Of a stretch of 64,000 bases of DNA, positions 8,386-16,800 are shown one piece after another. The position numbers and the translations under genes are program-made. The notes beneath the pieces were generated by a model that saw only the letters and a program-made list of their open reading frames with translations, did no database searches and was not told the DNA's origin. Where the stretch lies: NCBI GenBank assembly GCA_900321655.1, contig ONWU01000011.1, positions 22,340 to 86,339 on the forward strand, read 5' to 3'. Within the stretch, counting starts at the first letter, position 1, and every line of letters starts with the position of its first letter. Source of the DNA: an uncultured Bacteroidales bacterium (lineage in GTDB: Bacteria > Bacteroidota > Bacteroidia > Bacteroidales > UBA932).

Positions 8386-10689
8386 ATGAAGAAAACCATC
8401 ATGATTTCTGCCGCCGCCCTGGCCCTTGCCGCTTGCCAGAGCGGAGACCCCCAGTTGGGCAAATCCTCCGTGGACAAAGTTCTCAAGGCCATGACCCTGG
8501 AAGAGAAAGTACACCTTGTCATCGGCATGGGCATGGCCGGAAGTGACGGATCCACCGCCACGGTGGGCGCCACAGAGGACATCGTTCCCGGTGCTGCCGG
8601 CACCACCTACCCCATTCCCCGCCTGGGCATTCCCAGCATCGTCCTGGCCGACGGTCCTGCCGGTCTCCGGATCAACCCCACAAGGGAAAATGACCCCAAT
8701 ACCTATTATTGCACCCACTTCCCCATCGGCACCCTCCTTTCCAGCACCTGGAACCAGGAGCTGGTAGAGAATGTGGGCCAGGCCATGGGTGAGGAAGTGC
8801 ACGAGTACGGGGCCGATGTCTACCTGGCTCCCGCCCTCAACATCCACCGCCACCCCCTCAACGGACGTAACTTCGAGTATTATTCGGAAGATCCCGTGGT
8901 GGCCGGCAAGACGGCTGCCGCCTACGTGCGCGGCGTCCAGAAGAACGATGTAGGCACTTCCGTAAAGCATTTCGCCTACAACAACCAGGAAACCAACCGC
9001 ACCGGCAACAACGCCATCATCAGCCCCCGCGCCCAGCGCGAGATTTACCTCAAGGGCTTTGAGATTACCGTCAAGGAGGCCGACCCTTGGACCATCATGA
9101 GCTCCTATAACAAGATCAACGGCACCTACACCTCCCAGAGCAAGGACCTGCTGACCACCGTCCTCCGCGACGAATGGGGTTTCAAGGGCCTGGTGATGAC
9201 AGACTGGTTCGGCGGTGATGACGGAGCCAAGCAAATTGCCGCCGGCAACGATATGCTCCAGCCCGGTACCCAGAAGCAGTATGACCAGATCATGGAAGCC
9301 CTCCAGAACGGCTCCCTCACCGAAGCCCAGTTGGACGTCTGCGTCAAGCGCTGCCTGGAACTGGTCAAACGCAGCCCCAAGGTAAAGGGCTACGCCTACT
9401 CCAACAAGCCGGACCTCAAGGCTCACGCCCAGGTTACCCGCCAGAGTGCCCTGGAAGGCATGGTTCTGCTGGAGAACAACGGCGTCCTGCCGCTCAAGGA
9501 CGTTAAGAATGTTGCTGTATTCGGCTGCACCAGCTTTGACTTCATCGCCGGTGGTACCGGTTCCGGAAACGTGAACCGCGCCTACACGGTTTCCCTGCTG
9601 GACGGTCTGAAGAACGCCGGTTTCAACGTGGACGAGAGCAACAAGGAGACCACCCTCAAACACATTGCCGAGGAGGCCGCCGCCTTCAAGGCTTCCCTGG
9701 AGGGGAAGGATCAGCTGGCTGCCTTCTTCCCGGCTCCCCGTCCCAGCGAGCTGGTTCCCGCCAACAAGGAAGTAGAAGCATCGGCCAAGGCCAATGACAT
9801 AGCCATCATCACCTTCGGCCGCAATTCCGGAGAATTCTTCGACCGCAGCGCAGCTGACTTCATCCTTAGCGACAGCGAACGCAAGCTCCTGACCACCGTC
9901 ACCAAGGCTTTCCACAAGGCCGGCAAGAAGGTTGTCGTGGTGCTGAATGTGGGTGGTGTCATCGAGACTCACTCCTGGAGCTGGATGCCGGATGCCGTCC
10001 TGCTGGCCTGGCAGGCCGGTCAGGAAGGCGGCAACTCCGTAACGGACATTCTCACCGGTGTGGAGAGCCCTTCCGGCAAACTGCCCATGACTTTCCCCAT
10101 GAACCTGATGGACGCCGCTTCTTCCACCAACTTCCCTATCGACGCCACCCAGGAGGTTTACTTCATGAAGCGCCGCGAAGACATCGGCCAGAAGGACGTG
10201 GACCAGACAGACTATGCAGAAGGTATCTACGTGGGCTACCGCTGGTTTGACAAGTACAACATCTCCGTTTCCTATCCGTTCGGATATGGCCTCAGCTACA
10301 CCACTTTCGAGTACAGCGAGCCCACCGTGAAGAATGACGGCAAAACCATCACGGCCACGGTACGGGTGAAGAATGTGGGTGAAGTGGCCGGCAAGGAAGC
10401 CGTCCAGCTGTATGTGAGTGCACCGGAAAGCCAACTGGACAAACCGGTCAAGGAACTGAAGGCGTATGCCAAGACGGGCAAACTGGCTCCCGGAGAGTCC
10501 CAGGTGCTCACCCTTACCTTCCCCACCGCAGAGCTGGCCTCCTTCGACGAGGAAGCATCGGCCTGGAAGGTAGACGCCGGAACATACAAGTTCCTCTTCG
10601 GTGCCTCTTCCCGCGACATCCGCTGCACGGCAGAGGCCGAAGCCGCCGCCTCAGAGGTTCCCGCCCACCGCGTGCTCCTGAAAAAGTAA
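8386..10689 (+). CDS. GH3 beta-glucosidase, lipoprotein
   Basis: Lipobox LAAC. Motifs ADGPAG, GRNFEYYSEDP, KHF, VMTDW. Clear paralog of 5925-8222. Confidence 0.93.
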   Translation: MKKTIMISAAALALAACQSGDPQLGKSSVDKVLKAMTLEEKVHLVIGMGMAGSDGSTATVGATEDIVPGAAGTTYPIPRLGIPSIVLADGPAGLRINPTRENDPNTYYCTHFPIGTLLSSTWNQELVENVGQAMGEEVHEYGADVYLAPALNIHRHPLNGRNFEYYSEDPVVAGKTAAAYVRGVQKNDVGTSVKHFAYNNQETNRTGNNAIISPRAQREIYLKGFEITVKEADPWTIMSSYNKINGTYTSQSKDLLTTVLRDEWGFKGLVMTDWFGGDDGAKQIAAGNDMLQPGTQKQYDQIMEALQNGSLTEAQLDVCVKRCLELVKRSPKVKGYAYSNKPDLKAHAQVTRQSALEGMVLLENNGVLPLKDVKNVAVFGCTSFDFIAGGTGSGNVNRAYTVSLLDGLKNAGFNVDESNKETTLKHIAEEAAAFKASLEGKDQLAAFFPAPRPSELVPANKEVEASAKANDIAIITFGRNSGEFFDRSAADFILSDSERKLLTTVTKAFHKAGKKVVVVLNVGGVIETHSWSWMPDAVLLAWQAGQEGGNSVTDILTGVESPSGKLPMTFPMNLMDAASSTNFPIDATQEVYFMKRREDIGQKDVDQTDYAEGIYVGYRWFDKYNISVSYPFGYGLSYTTFEYSEPTVKNDGKTITATVRVKNVGEVAGKEAVQLYVSAPESQLDKPVKELKAYAKTGKLAPGESQVLTLTFPTAELASFDEEASAWKVDAGTYKFLFGASSRDIRCTAEAEAAASEVPAHRVLLKK

Positions 10690-10690
10690 A

Positions 10691-11083
10691 CTACTGCAAA
10701 GAATCAAGACCCAGCCGGATGTTCTTGATCACGGCTTCCGAAGAATAGGTTGCTCCGGAAACGGCATCCAGTTCAACGGTTTTGGCCTCTTCCACAGTCT
10801 TGCCCACCAGTTTTTCCAGCAGTCCGCTTTCCTTTACCATGCGGAAATAGCCCGGAGTTTCCTGGTTGGGCAAGGCTTTTATCCGGGTAATCACGCCCTT
10901 CACCGTGGAAATCTCCACTGGCGTAGGGCCATTGAAGCCGATAACATCGGTCCCTAAGTTCGTAGTATTGATTTTAAGGGTATCGGCCCCTTTGGCGCCG
11001 GCGCGGGTGCCGCAGGAAGTGCTGGTGATACAAGTGCCGGAGAGGATGGCTAAGATTCCCAAAGCCAGATAAAACTTCTTCAT
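10691..11083 (-). CDS. Exported FMN-binding domain protein
   Basis: N-terminal signal/lipoprotein-like segment, GFNGPTPV, ETPGYF and the flavinylation motif DAVSGATYSS. Confidence 0.88.
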   Translation of the reverse strand: MKKFYLALGILAILSGTCITSTSCGTRAGAKGADTLKINTTNLGTDVIGFNGPTPVEISTVKGVITRIKALPNQETPGYFRMVKESGLLEKLVGKTVEEAKTVELDAVSGATYSSEAVIKNIRLGLDSLQ

Positions 11084-11101
11084 AGTTCAATATTTGAGCA
11101 G

Positions 11102-11109
11102 CAAAGATA
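11102..11109 (-). promoter_or_regulatory. -7 promoter box for the FMN-binding protein gene
   Basis: caaagata = TATCTTTG on the - strand, 18 nt upstream of the ATG. Confidence 0.55.
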
Positions 11110-11168
11110 CAAAAAAAGAGACTACTATTGTATTTAAATTAAAAGGTTTTTATCTTAGCATTCAAATT

Positions 11169-12056
11169 ATGAACGAAGCCATTCACCTGAAGTATCTGGT
11201 GGCCGCCCCGGCAGATCTCAAATGGGGAACGGCCGTCAACTCTGTCGGCTGTCAGGAAGTGGGTCCCGGAGAATCCTACCCTCCGGGAGAGCACCCTTCC
11301 CGTTACCTCTTCTCGGAAGAGCACGGCCGCGTCCTGGACGAATACCAGCTTCTATACATTACCAAGGGCCGGGGCCGCTTCCGCAGCGCCACCCTGCAGC
11401 ATTCTGTGCAGGTAACTCCTGGTACTTTCTTCCTCCTTTTCCCGGGAGAATGGCACTCTTACAGGCCGGACCCGGACACCGGCTGGAAAGAATACTGGAT
11501 TGGCTTCAAGGGCTTCCAGATGGACAAATGGGTGGCCGATGGCTTTTTCAGCCCCAAGAACCCGGTCTGGAAAGTCCGGCTCCACAGTGACATCGTGGCC
11601 CTGTACCAGGATGCCATCGAAACCGCCACCCGACAGGAATCCGGCTTCCAGCAGCGCCTGGGCGGCCTGGTCAACCACCTGATGAGCCTGGCCCGTTTCT
11701 ACAATAGGAACGAAGTATTCTCCGAAGTAGCAGACCAGATCAACCGCGCCAAAATCCTTATTTCCAGTCAGTTCAGAACCATCACCCCGGAGAACCTGGC
11801 TCAGCAGCTGAATATGGGCTACTCCAATTTCCGGCGCGTTTTCAAGGAATACACCGGCTTCTCCCCTGCCAAATACATCCAGGAGGTAAAGATGAACCGG
11901 GTCAAGGAAGCCTTAACCAACACATCCCACCCCGTCAAACAGATTGCTTACGAGATGGGATATGACAATGAAGACTATTTCTTTACGGCTTTCCGCCGCG
12001 TCAGCGGAATGACGCCCCTGGAATACCGGGAGCTCACCCAGGGCAAGAGTCACTGA
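11169..12056 (+). CDS. AraC family regulator (probable rhamnose regulator, RhaR-like)
   Basis: Start MNEAIH at 11169. Cupin-like sensor (YPPGEHP, LFPGEWHSYRP, WKEYWIGF) plus a double HTH (FRRVFKEYTGFSP, YFFTAFRRVSGMTPLEYR). Adjacent to the rha operon. Confidence 0.88.
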   Translation: MNEAIHLKYLVAAPADLKWGTAVNSVGCQEVGPGESYPPGEHPSRYLFSEEHGRVLDEYQLLYITKGRGRFRSATLQHSVQVTPGTFFLLFPGEWHSYRPDPDTGWKEYWIGFKGFQMDKWVADGFFSPKNPVWKVRLHSDIVALYQDAIETATRQESGFQQRLGGLVNHLMSLARFYNRNEVFSEVADQINRAKILISSQFRTITPENLAQQLNMGYSNFRRVFKEYTGFSPAKYIQEVKMNRVKEALTNTSHPVKQIAYEMGYDNEDYFFTAFRRVSGMTPLEYRELTQGKSH

Positions 12057-12057
12057 C

Positions 12058-12867
12058 CTATTTGGGCAGGTTGAAGGCCACGCTCATTTCCTTCATCTGG
12101 GCCTCAGACATTCCTTCGGGCTCAAAGCCCATATTTTTGGCAGCTATATAGATAAGGGCGGATTTATTGAGCACATCCACCTGGTCGAAGGCGCTCATAA
12201 TGTCCGTATCTACGGCAAATACACCGTGCTTTTCCCACATCACTACATCGTACCCCTCGTCCAGGGTCCTGAGGGTGGCATCGGCCAGTTCCACGCTGGA
12301 AGGGAGGAGGTAAGGCACCATCCCCAATCCTCTGGGACAGAAGGCCTTGGTTTCCGGAATCATGGACCAGAGCATCCGGGTGGCCACATCTTTTTCCATC
12401 CATTTTTTGCTGTGAGTAAGGGCCACCAGCTCTATGGGATGGGTATGCAGCGAAGCGCGGTAAGGAGAGCCTTTCGCCAGCAGATAATCGTGCACGGCCA
12501 GGTGAGACGGCAGCTCGGAGGTGGGAGCCACTACGGCATCGGCCACTATCTCGTAACGGGCGCAGTCCTCCAGGATGCGGATGATGGAGCCGTTGGCCAT
12601 GGGTTCGCGGGCCAAATCCCGCATCCGCTTACCGGTTCCCTTGCAGTAGAACCAGCATCCCTTCAGATGCGGAAGGGTTTTGCCGATGGAGCGGGGCGCG
12701 TCGATAGCAGGAAGCGCCTTCATAGCCTCGTCCACATATTCCGTGATGTTGATGGTAATATTGCCTCCGTTTCTCTCGGCCCAGCCTTTCTGCCAGAGGT
12801 ATCCGGCCACTTCGGCCACCTGATCTACCGCCGCCTTCAGCGCCGGTCTGTTATCTAAGATACTCAT
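12058..12867 (-). CDS. rhaD: Rhamnulose-1-phosphate aldolase
   Basis: Real start MSILDNR at 12867, overlapping the rhaT stop as ATGA. Motifs KGWAERNGGN, PTSELPSH, HTHP and WEKHG. Confidence 0.93.
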   Translation of the reverse strand: MSILDNRPALKAAVDQVAEVAGYLWQKGWAERNGGNITINITEYVDEAMKALPAIDAPRSIGKTLPHLKGCWFYCKGTGKRMRDLAREPMANGSIIRILEDCARYEIVADAVVAPTSELPSHLAVHDYLLAKGSPYRASLHTHPIELVALTHSKKWMEKDVATRMLWSMIPETKAFCPRGLGMVPYLLPSSVELADATLRTLDEGYDVVMWEKHGVFAVDTDIMSAFDQVDVLNKSALIYIAAKNMGFEPEGMSEAQMKEMSVAFNLPK

Positions 12868-13880
12868 ATTATCTGTGGTAAAAATGTACTGATGATAAGG
12901 ACCACGATGCCGCACACGAGAACGGCCACCGTCTTTGAGGAAACGCCCTTCCATTCCTTGAGAATAATGCCCCACACATTGGAGAACACCACATTGAGGC
13001 TCATCAGGATGCACCAGCTGAAGGTAATCAGGACCGGGTAATCCGTGAGGAAGCCCTTGCCCAGGGACAGACCGAAGAACTGGCTGTACCACAGAAGGCC
13101 GGCCAGGCCGCAGAAAAGGATGTTGTTTCCCCAAAGGCTGCCCTGCCGATAGTCTCCGAAAGTCTTGTTCTTATTGTTCTGGTACAGGCAGTAGCAGGCA
13201 TTGGTAAGGAAGCCTCCGAAAGTAACCAGCATAGTGGCAGGCAGCGTCTGGAAAATGGGCTTGGTACCCTCCAGGAAAAGGCCCTGGCCAAAGCTGAGGC
13301 CGATATTGAAGCAGGCGCTCATAAAGCCGGCGAGAAGGGCAACGAAGATGCCCTTTCCGAAGTTGAAGTCCTTCACGGCCTTCTTTTTCTCCTCCTCCGG
13401 GAGTGCAGCGCTTTTCATGGCGCCGGCTACCCCGATGATGGCAATGCCCACCAGGGTGACCACAACGCCGATAATGACGGCGCTGGTCAGGTCTGCCGCA
13501 TGGCCGGTGAACACCGGACCCAGGATGGCGCCGAGGGCCGAGCAGGTGCCCAGGGCAATGCTTTGCCCCAGGGCCACCCCCAGATACCGCATACTAAGGC
13601 CGAAGGTGAGGCCACCAACGCCCCATAAGGCACCGAACAGAATGGTGAGCCAGGTGCTTTTGGCATCGGCCTGCATCTGCGCAAGCAAATCACCGAAGCT
13701 GCCGATACCGGAGACCGACAGCCAGGCGCCGATGAAGGGAAATACCAGCCAGGCAAATACGCCCTGGACCAGCCAATAGCTTTCCCAGCTCCAGGACTTG
13801 ATCTTATTGATGGGAACATAGCTGCTGGACTGACAGAAAGCCCCGACAGCTATGATCAGAAGGCCGATGACAAGGTTCAT
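12864..13880 (-). CDS. rhaT: L-rhamnose/proton symporter
   Basis: Multi-TM protein with WSWESYW, GALWGVGGLTFGLSMRYLG and WGIILKEWKG motifs. Confidence 0.94.
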   Translation of the reverse strand: MNLVIGLLIIAVGAFCQSSSYVPINKIKSWSWESYWLVQGVFAWLVFPFIGAWLSVSGIGSFGDLLAQMQADAKSTWLTILFGALWGVGGLTFGLSMRYLGVALGQSIALGTCSALGAILGPVFTGHAADLTSAVIIGVVVTLVGIAIIGVAGAMKSAALPEEEKKKAVKDFNFGKGIFVALLAGFMSACFNIGLSFGQGLFLEGTKPIFQTLPATMLVTFGGFLTNACYCLYQNNKNKTFGDYRQGSLWGNNILFCGLAGLLWYSQFFGLSLGKGFLTDYPVLITFSWCILMSLNVVFSNVWGIILKEWKGVSSKTVAVLVCGIVVLIISTFLPQII

Positions 13881-13883
13881 AAC

Positions 13884-15134
13884 TTAGCGCTTGGAAGTGA
13901 CTTCTTTCTCGTATTTTTCAATCTCGGGGATGAAAGCTTCCCCAACGGGGACGCCGTTCTTGTAGTTGAAATAGTCGAACACGGCGCCGAACGGAAGGGT
14001 CTTGGCCTCTTCCAGGAGGGCGAGGCGCTGGAAACCCTTGCCGGCATCCTCGTATTCACGCAGCTTCACCAGCGGCTCCAGCAGGGCGCTCAACACACAC
14101 TTCTGCGTGGCGCGGGTGCCAATCACATAGGCGCCGATGCGGTTGATGGCGGCATCGAAATAGTCCAGGCCGATATGGCTGCGGTTCAAGGCATCCGCAC
14201 GCACGATCTCTTTGAACAAGTCCAGCGTCTGGTCGTTCATGATGGTCACGTGGTCGGAATCCCAGCGGATGGGGCGGGAGACGTGGAGCATCAACTCCGG
14301 CACGAAGAGCAGGAGCGAGGCGACCATGTCGGCCACGTTCTCGGTCATCTCGTAGTGGCCGGTATCCAGGGTGTACATCAGTTTGCGGGTGGCGCAGTAA
14401 CCGGCCACGAAGTCGTGGGAGCCCACGGTGTAGCTCTCCAGACCGATACCGAAGAGCTTGGCTTCCAGGCAGGTTTTCATGCCAGGAAGGTCTTCCTTCA
14501 GAATCTCGTCCAGGCTTTCGGCAAAAATCTCACGGTAACGCTTGCGCTCCACGGTCTGGTCTTTGGAGCCGTCGTGTACCCAGATGTTCATGATGCAAGG
14601 GTCATTCTGGGCCTTGCCCATGGCATCGGCAATCCGGCGGCAGCGCTTGGTGTGCTCGATCCAGAATTCGCGGATGGCAGGGTCCGGGTTGGCCAGGGAG
14701 AGGTCTCCGCTCTTGGGATGGCCGAAGGAAGTGGAGTTGAAATCCAGCTTCATATTGTTTTCCCTCGCCCACTGGATCCAGCTCTCGAAATGCTTCACGT
14801 CCACCTGGTCGCGGTCTACATACTGGCCCTTGAAGTCGCCGTAAATCTCGTGGAGGTTCAGGCGATGGTTACCGGCGATAAGGCTCTTGGCAAAGAGGAC
14901 ATCCTTCTGCAGTTCTTCCATATTGCGCGCGCGGCCGGGATAGTTGCCGGTGGTCTGGATACCGCCGGAAAGGCCGGCCTGGCTTTCAAAGCCCATAACG
15001 TCGTCGGCCTGCCAACAGTGCAGGGAAATGGGAGTCTTTTCCAGCGTCGCGATGGCTTTGTCGGTGTCAACGCCGACGGCGGCATAGCGCTCTTTGGCAA
15101 TCTCATAAGATTTAAGGATGTTTGCTTCTTTCAT
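13884..15134 (-). CDS. rhaA: L-rhamnose isomerase
   Basis: Motifs SLHCWQADD, TGNYPGRAR, KLFGIGLESYTVGSH, LHVSRPIRWDSDH and GLDYFDA. Confidence 0.96.
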   Translation of the reverse strand: MKEANILKSYEIAKERYAAVGVDTDKAIATLEKTPISLHCWQADDVMGFESQAGLSGGIQTTGNYPGRARNMEELQKDVLFAKSLIAGNHRLNLHEIYGDFKGQYVDRDQVDVKHFESWIQWARENNMKLDFNSTSFGHPKSGDLSLANPDPAIREFWIEHTKRCRRIADAMGKAQNDPCIMNIWVHDGSKDQTVERKRYREIFAESLDEILKEDLPGMKTCLEAKLFGIGLESYTVGSHDFVAGYCATRKLMYTLDTGHYEMTENVADMVASLLLFVPELMLHVSRPIRWDSDHVTIMNDQTLDLFKEIVRADALNRSHIGLDYFDAAINRIGAYVIGTRATQKCVLSALLEPLVKLREYEDAGKGFQRLALLEEAKTLPFGAVFDYFNYKNGVPVGEAFIPEIEKYEKEVTSKR

Positions 15135-15156
15135 GTCGTATCAGTTTTTTGTGTTT

Positions 15157-16498
15157 TTATTTGGCGGGATAAAAGGTTTTCACGGCAAAGGCCTTCGCAA
15201 TCATCTTGCGCATGTCCCAGCGGTCTTTTACCAGACCGGCGGCCTTGGCCTGGATCATCACATTGCCGATGGCCGATGACATGCAGTTTCTCGATGGCGA
15301 AGGGGGCGAAGCCCTGCAGCATCTCCACCACCTGTCCGTAGCGGTGCGCCAGGCTGTGGTAGATGCAGCTGATGTACTGGGCGTCGTTCTGGGGAACGGG
15401 CTGGCCCGTTTCCCTGAGGTAGGCGTCGATGGCCTCGATCATGTTGGCAGGCGCGGCAAAACGGGCGTCATCCGGGTCGATGAGGGACGGAAAACCGGCC
15501 TCGCTGCGGGCCATGGCCTCCATGTCAGCATATTTGTACGTGCGACCCTGGGCTTCCCACACCTTGCGGCTCTGTTCCAGGATCCACATGCCGGTGATGT
15601 TCTTGAGGAAGCGCGTGGTGCCGTCGATGCCGCCTTCGTTGGTGAAGTTCAGGCGGGTAGAATCGGCATTAATGATAGGAGCGGGCGTTTCGATGCCCAT
15701 AAGGCTCCAGGTGCCGCTGCTCAGGTAGGCGAATTTTTCGTCCCCGGCCGGCACGGCAGCAATGGCCGATGCGGTGTCGTGCCCGGCCACGGCCACCACC
15801 GGAATCTGCGGCAGGCCGCAGGCATCGGCAATTTCCTTACGGAGCGTGCCGACGACCTCTCCGGGCTGGACGATGGGCAGGAGCACGTCGGTCCGTACAC
15901 CCAGCTTCTCCAGCAGTTCCTTGTTGAACTGGCGGCTGCTCTGGTCCATCATACCGGAAGTGGAGGCAATGGTGTACTCGCACACTTTCTTTCCCGTGAG
16001 CATGTAGGACAGCAGGTCCGGCATGAAAAGGATGTGCTGCGCATACTTGAGCGGCGCAAAACCTTCCTGCGTCTGGGCATAGAGCTGGAAGATGGAGTTG
16101 AAATTCATGATCTGGATGCCGGTGGCCCCGTAGAGTTCCTCACGTGGGACGGTTTGGAACACCTTTTCCGGAATGCCGTCGGTGTACGGGTCACGGTAGG
16201 CGCGGGGGTTGCCCAACAGGGAGCCGTCTTCGGCCACGAAGCCGAAATCCACACCCCAGGTGTCTATGCCGATGGAATCCGGGACAATCCCCTGCCGGCC
16301 CAGATCGGCCAGGCAGTTGCAGAAATGCTGGTAAATGGTCAGCACGTCCCAGTAATATTTGCCGCCCAGCTGGATGATGCCGCTGGGGAAGCGGTAAACT
16401 TCCTTCATGTCGAAGGCTCTGCCCGAAAAAGTGGCCAGGACCGCGCGGCCGGAAGTGGCGCCGCAATCGAAAGCCAGAAAACGTTTGGTGTCTGTCAT
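15157..16498 (-). pseudogene. rhaB: Rhamnulokinase, frameshifted by an internal deletion near the 3' end
   Basis: FGGY kinase motifs (FDCGATSGR, IDTWGVD, GHDTASA, SSGTWSL, FTNEGG) run to LHVIG at codon 409, then the frame turns to junk. The native tail AIGNVMIQAKAAGLVKDRWDMRKMIAKAFAVKTFYPAK* is in another frame (15273-15157). Confidence 0.85.
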
Positions 16499-16519
16499 TG
16501 GTTACAGTTTTGCGCTATG

Positions 16520-16527
16520 CAAATTTA
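16520..16527 (-). promoter_or_regulatory. -7 promoter box of the rha operon
   Basis: caaattta = TAAATTTG on the - strand, 21 nt upstream of the rhaB ATG, in an AT-rich spacer. Confidence 0.6.
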
Positions 16528-16613
16528 TCGCAAAAACCCAATATATCTATAAAGATTATGCAATAAAAACTTTGATTTTTGATAAAAGTTAACTTTATAA
16601 AGCGCCTGAAAGT

Positions 16614-16784
16614 GTGGACCGGCTCCGCAGCCGAAGGCCCGGTTTCCACCAAAGAGGGAAGAAAGTCATCGTCGTCCTGAACGTCGGCGGTGTGGTGGAA
16701 ACCGCTTCATGGAAGCACCTGCCGGATGCCATCGTCCTGGCCTGGCAGCCCGGAGAATCCCAGACGCTGGAGATCAAGAAATAG
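16614..16784 (+). pseudogene. Collapsed GH3 beta-glucosidase relic (56 codons)
   Basis: Translates as [56 protein letters not shown]. This matches two non-adjacent segments of the intact GH3 paralogs in this window. Confidence 0.85.
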
Positions 16785-16800
16785 CTACCACGAAAAACGG

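Noticed and set aside
12868-13134. Extended rhaD N-terminus inside rhaT
   Set aside because: The ATGA coupling at 12864-12867 and the start of homology mark the true start. The same reasoning applies to the upstream extensions of the ORFs called from 18552, 22615, 31326 and 54537.
15131-15272. Programmed frameshift or phase variation in rhaB
   Set aside because: There is no slippery run. Changing the copy number of the 7-mer would not restore the missing GGG-motif segment, so this is a deletion scar.
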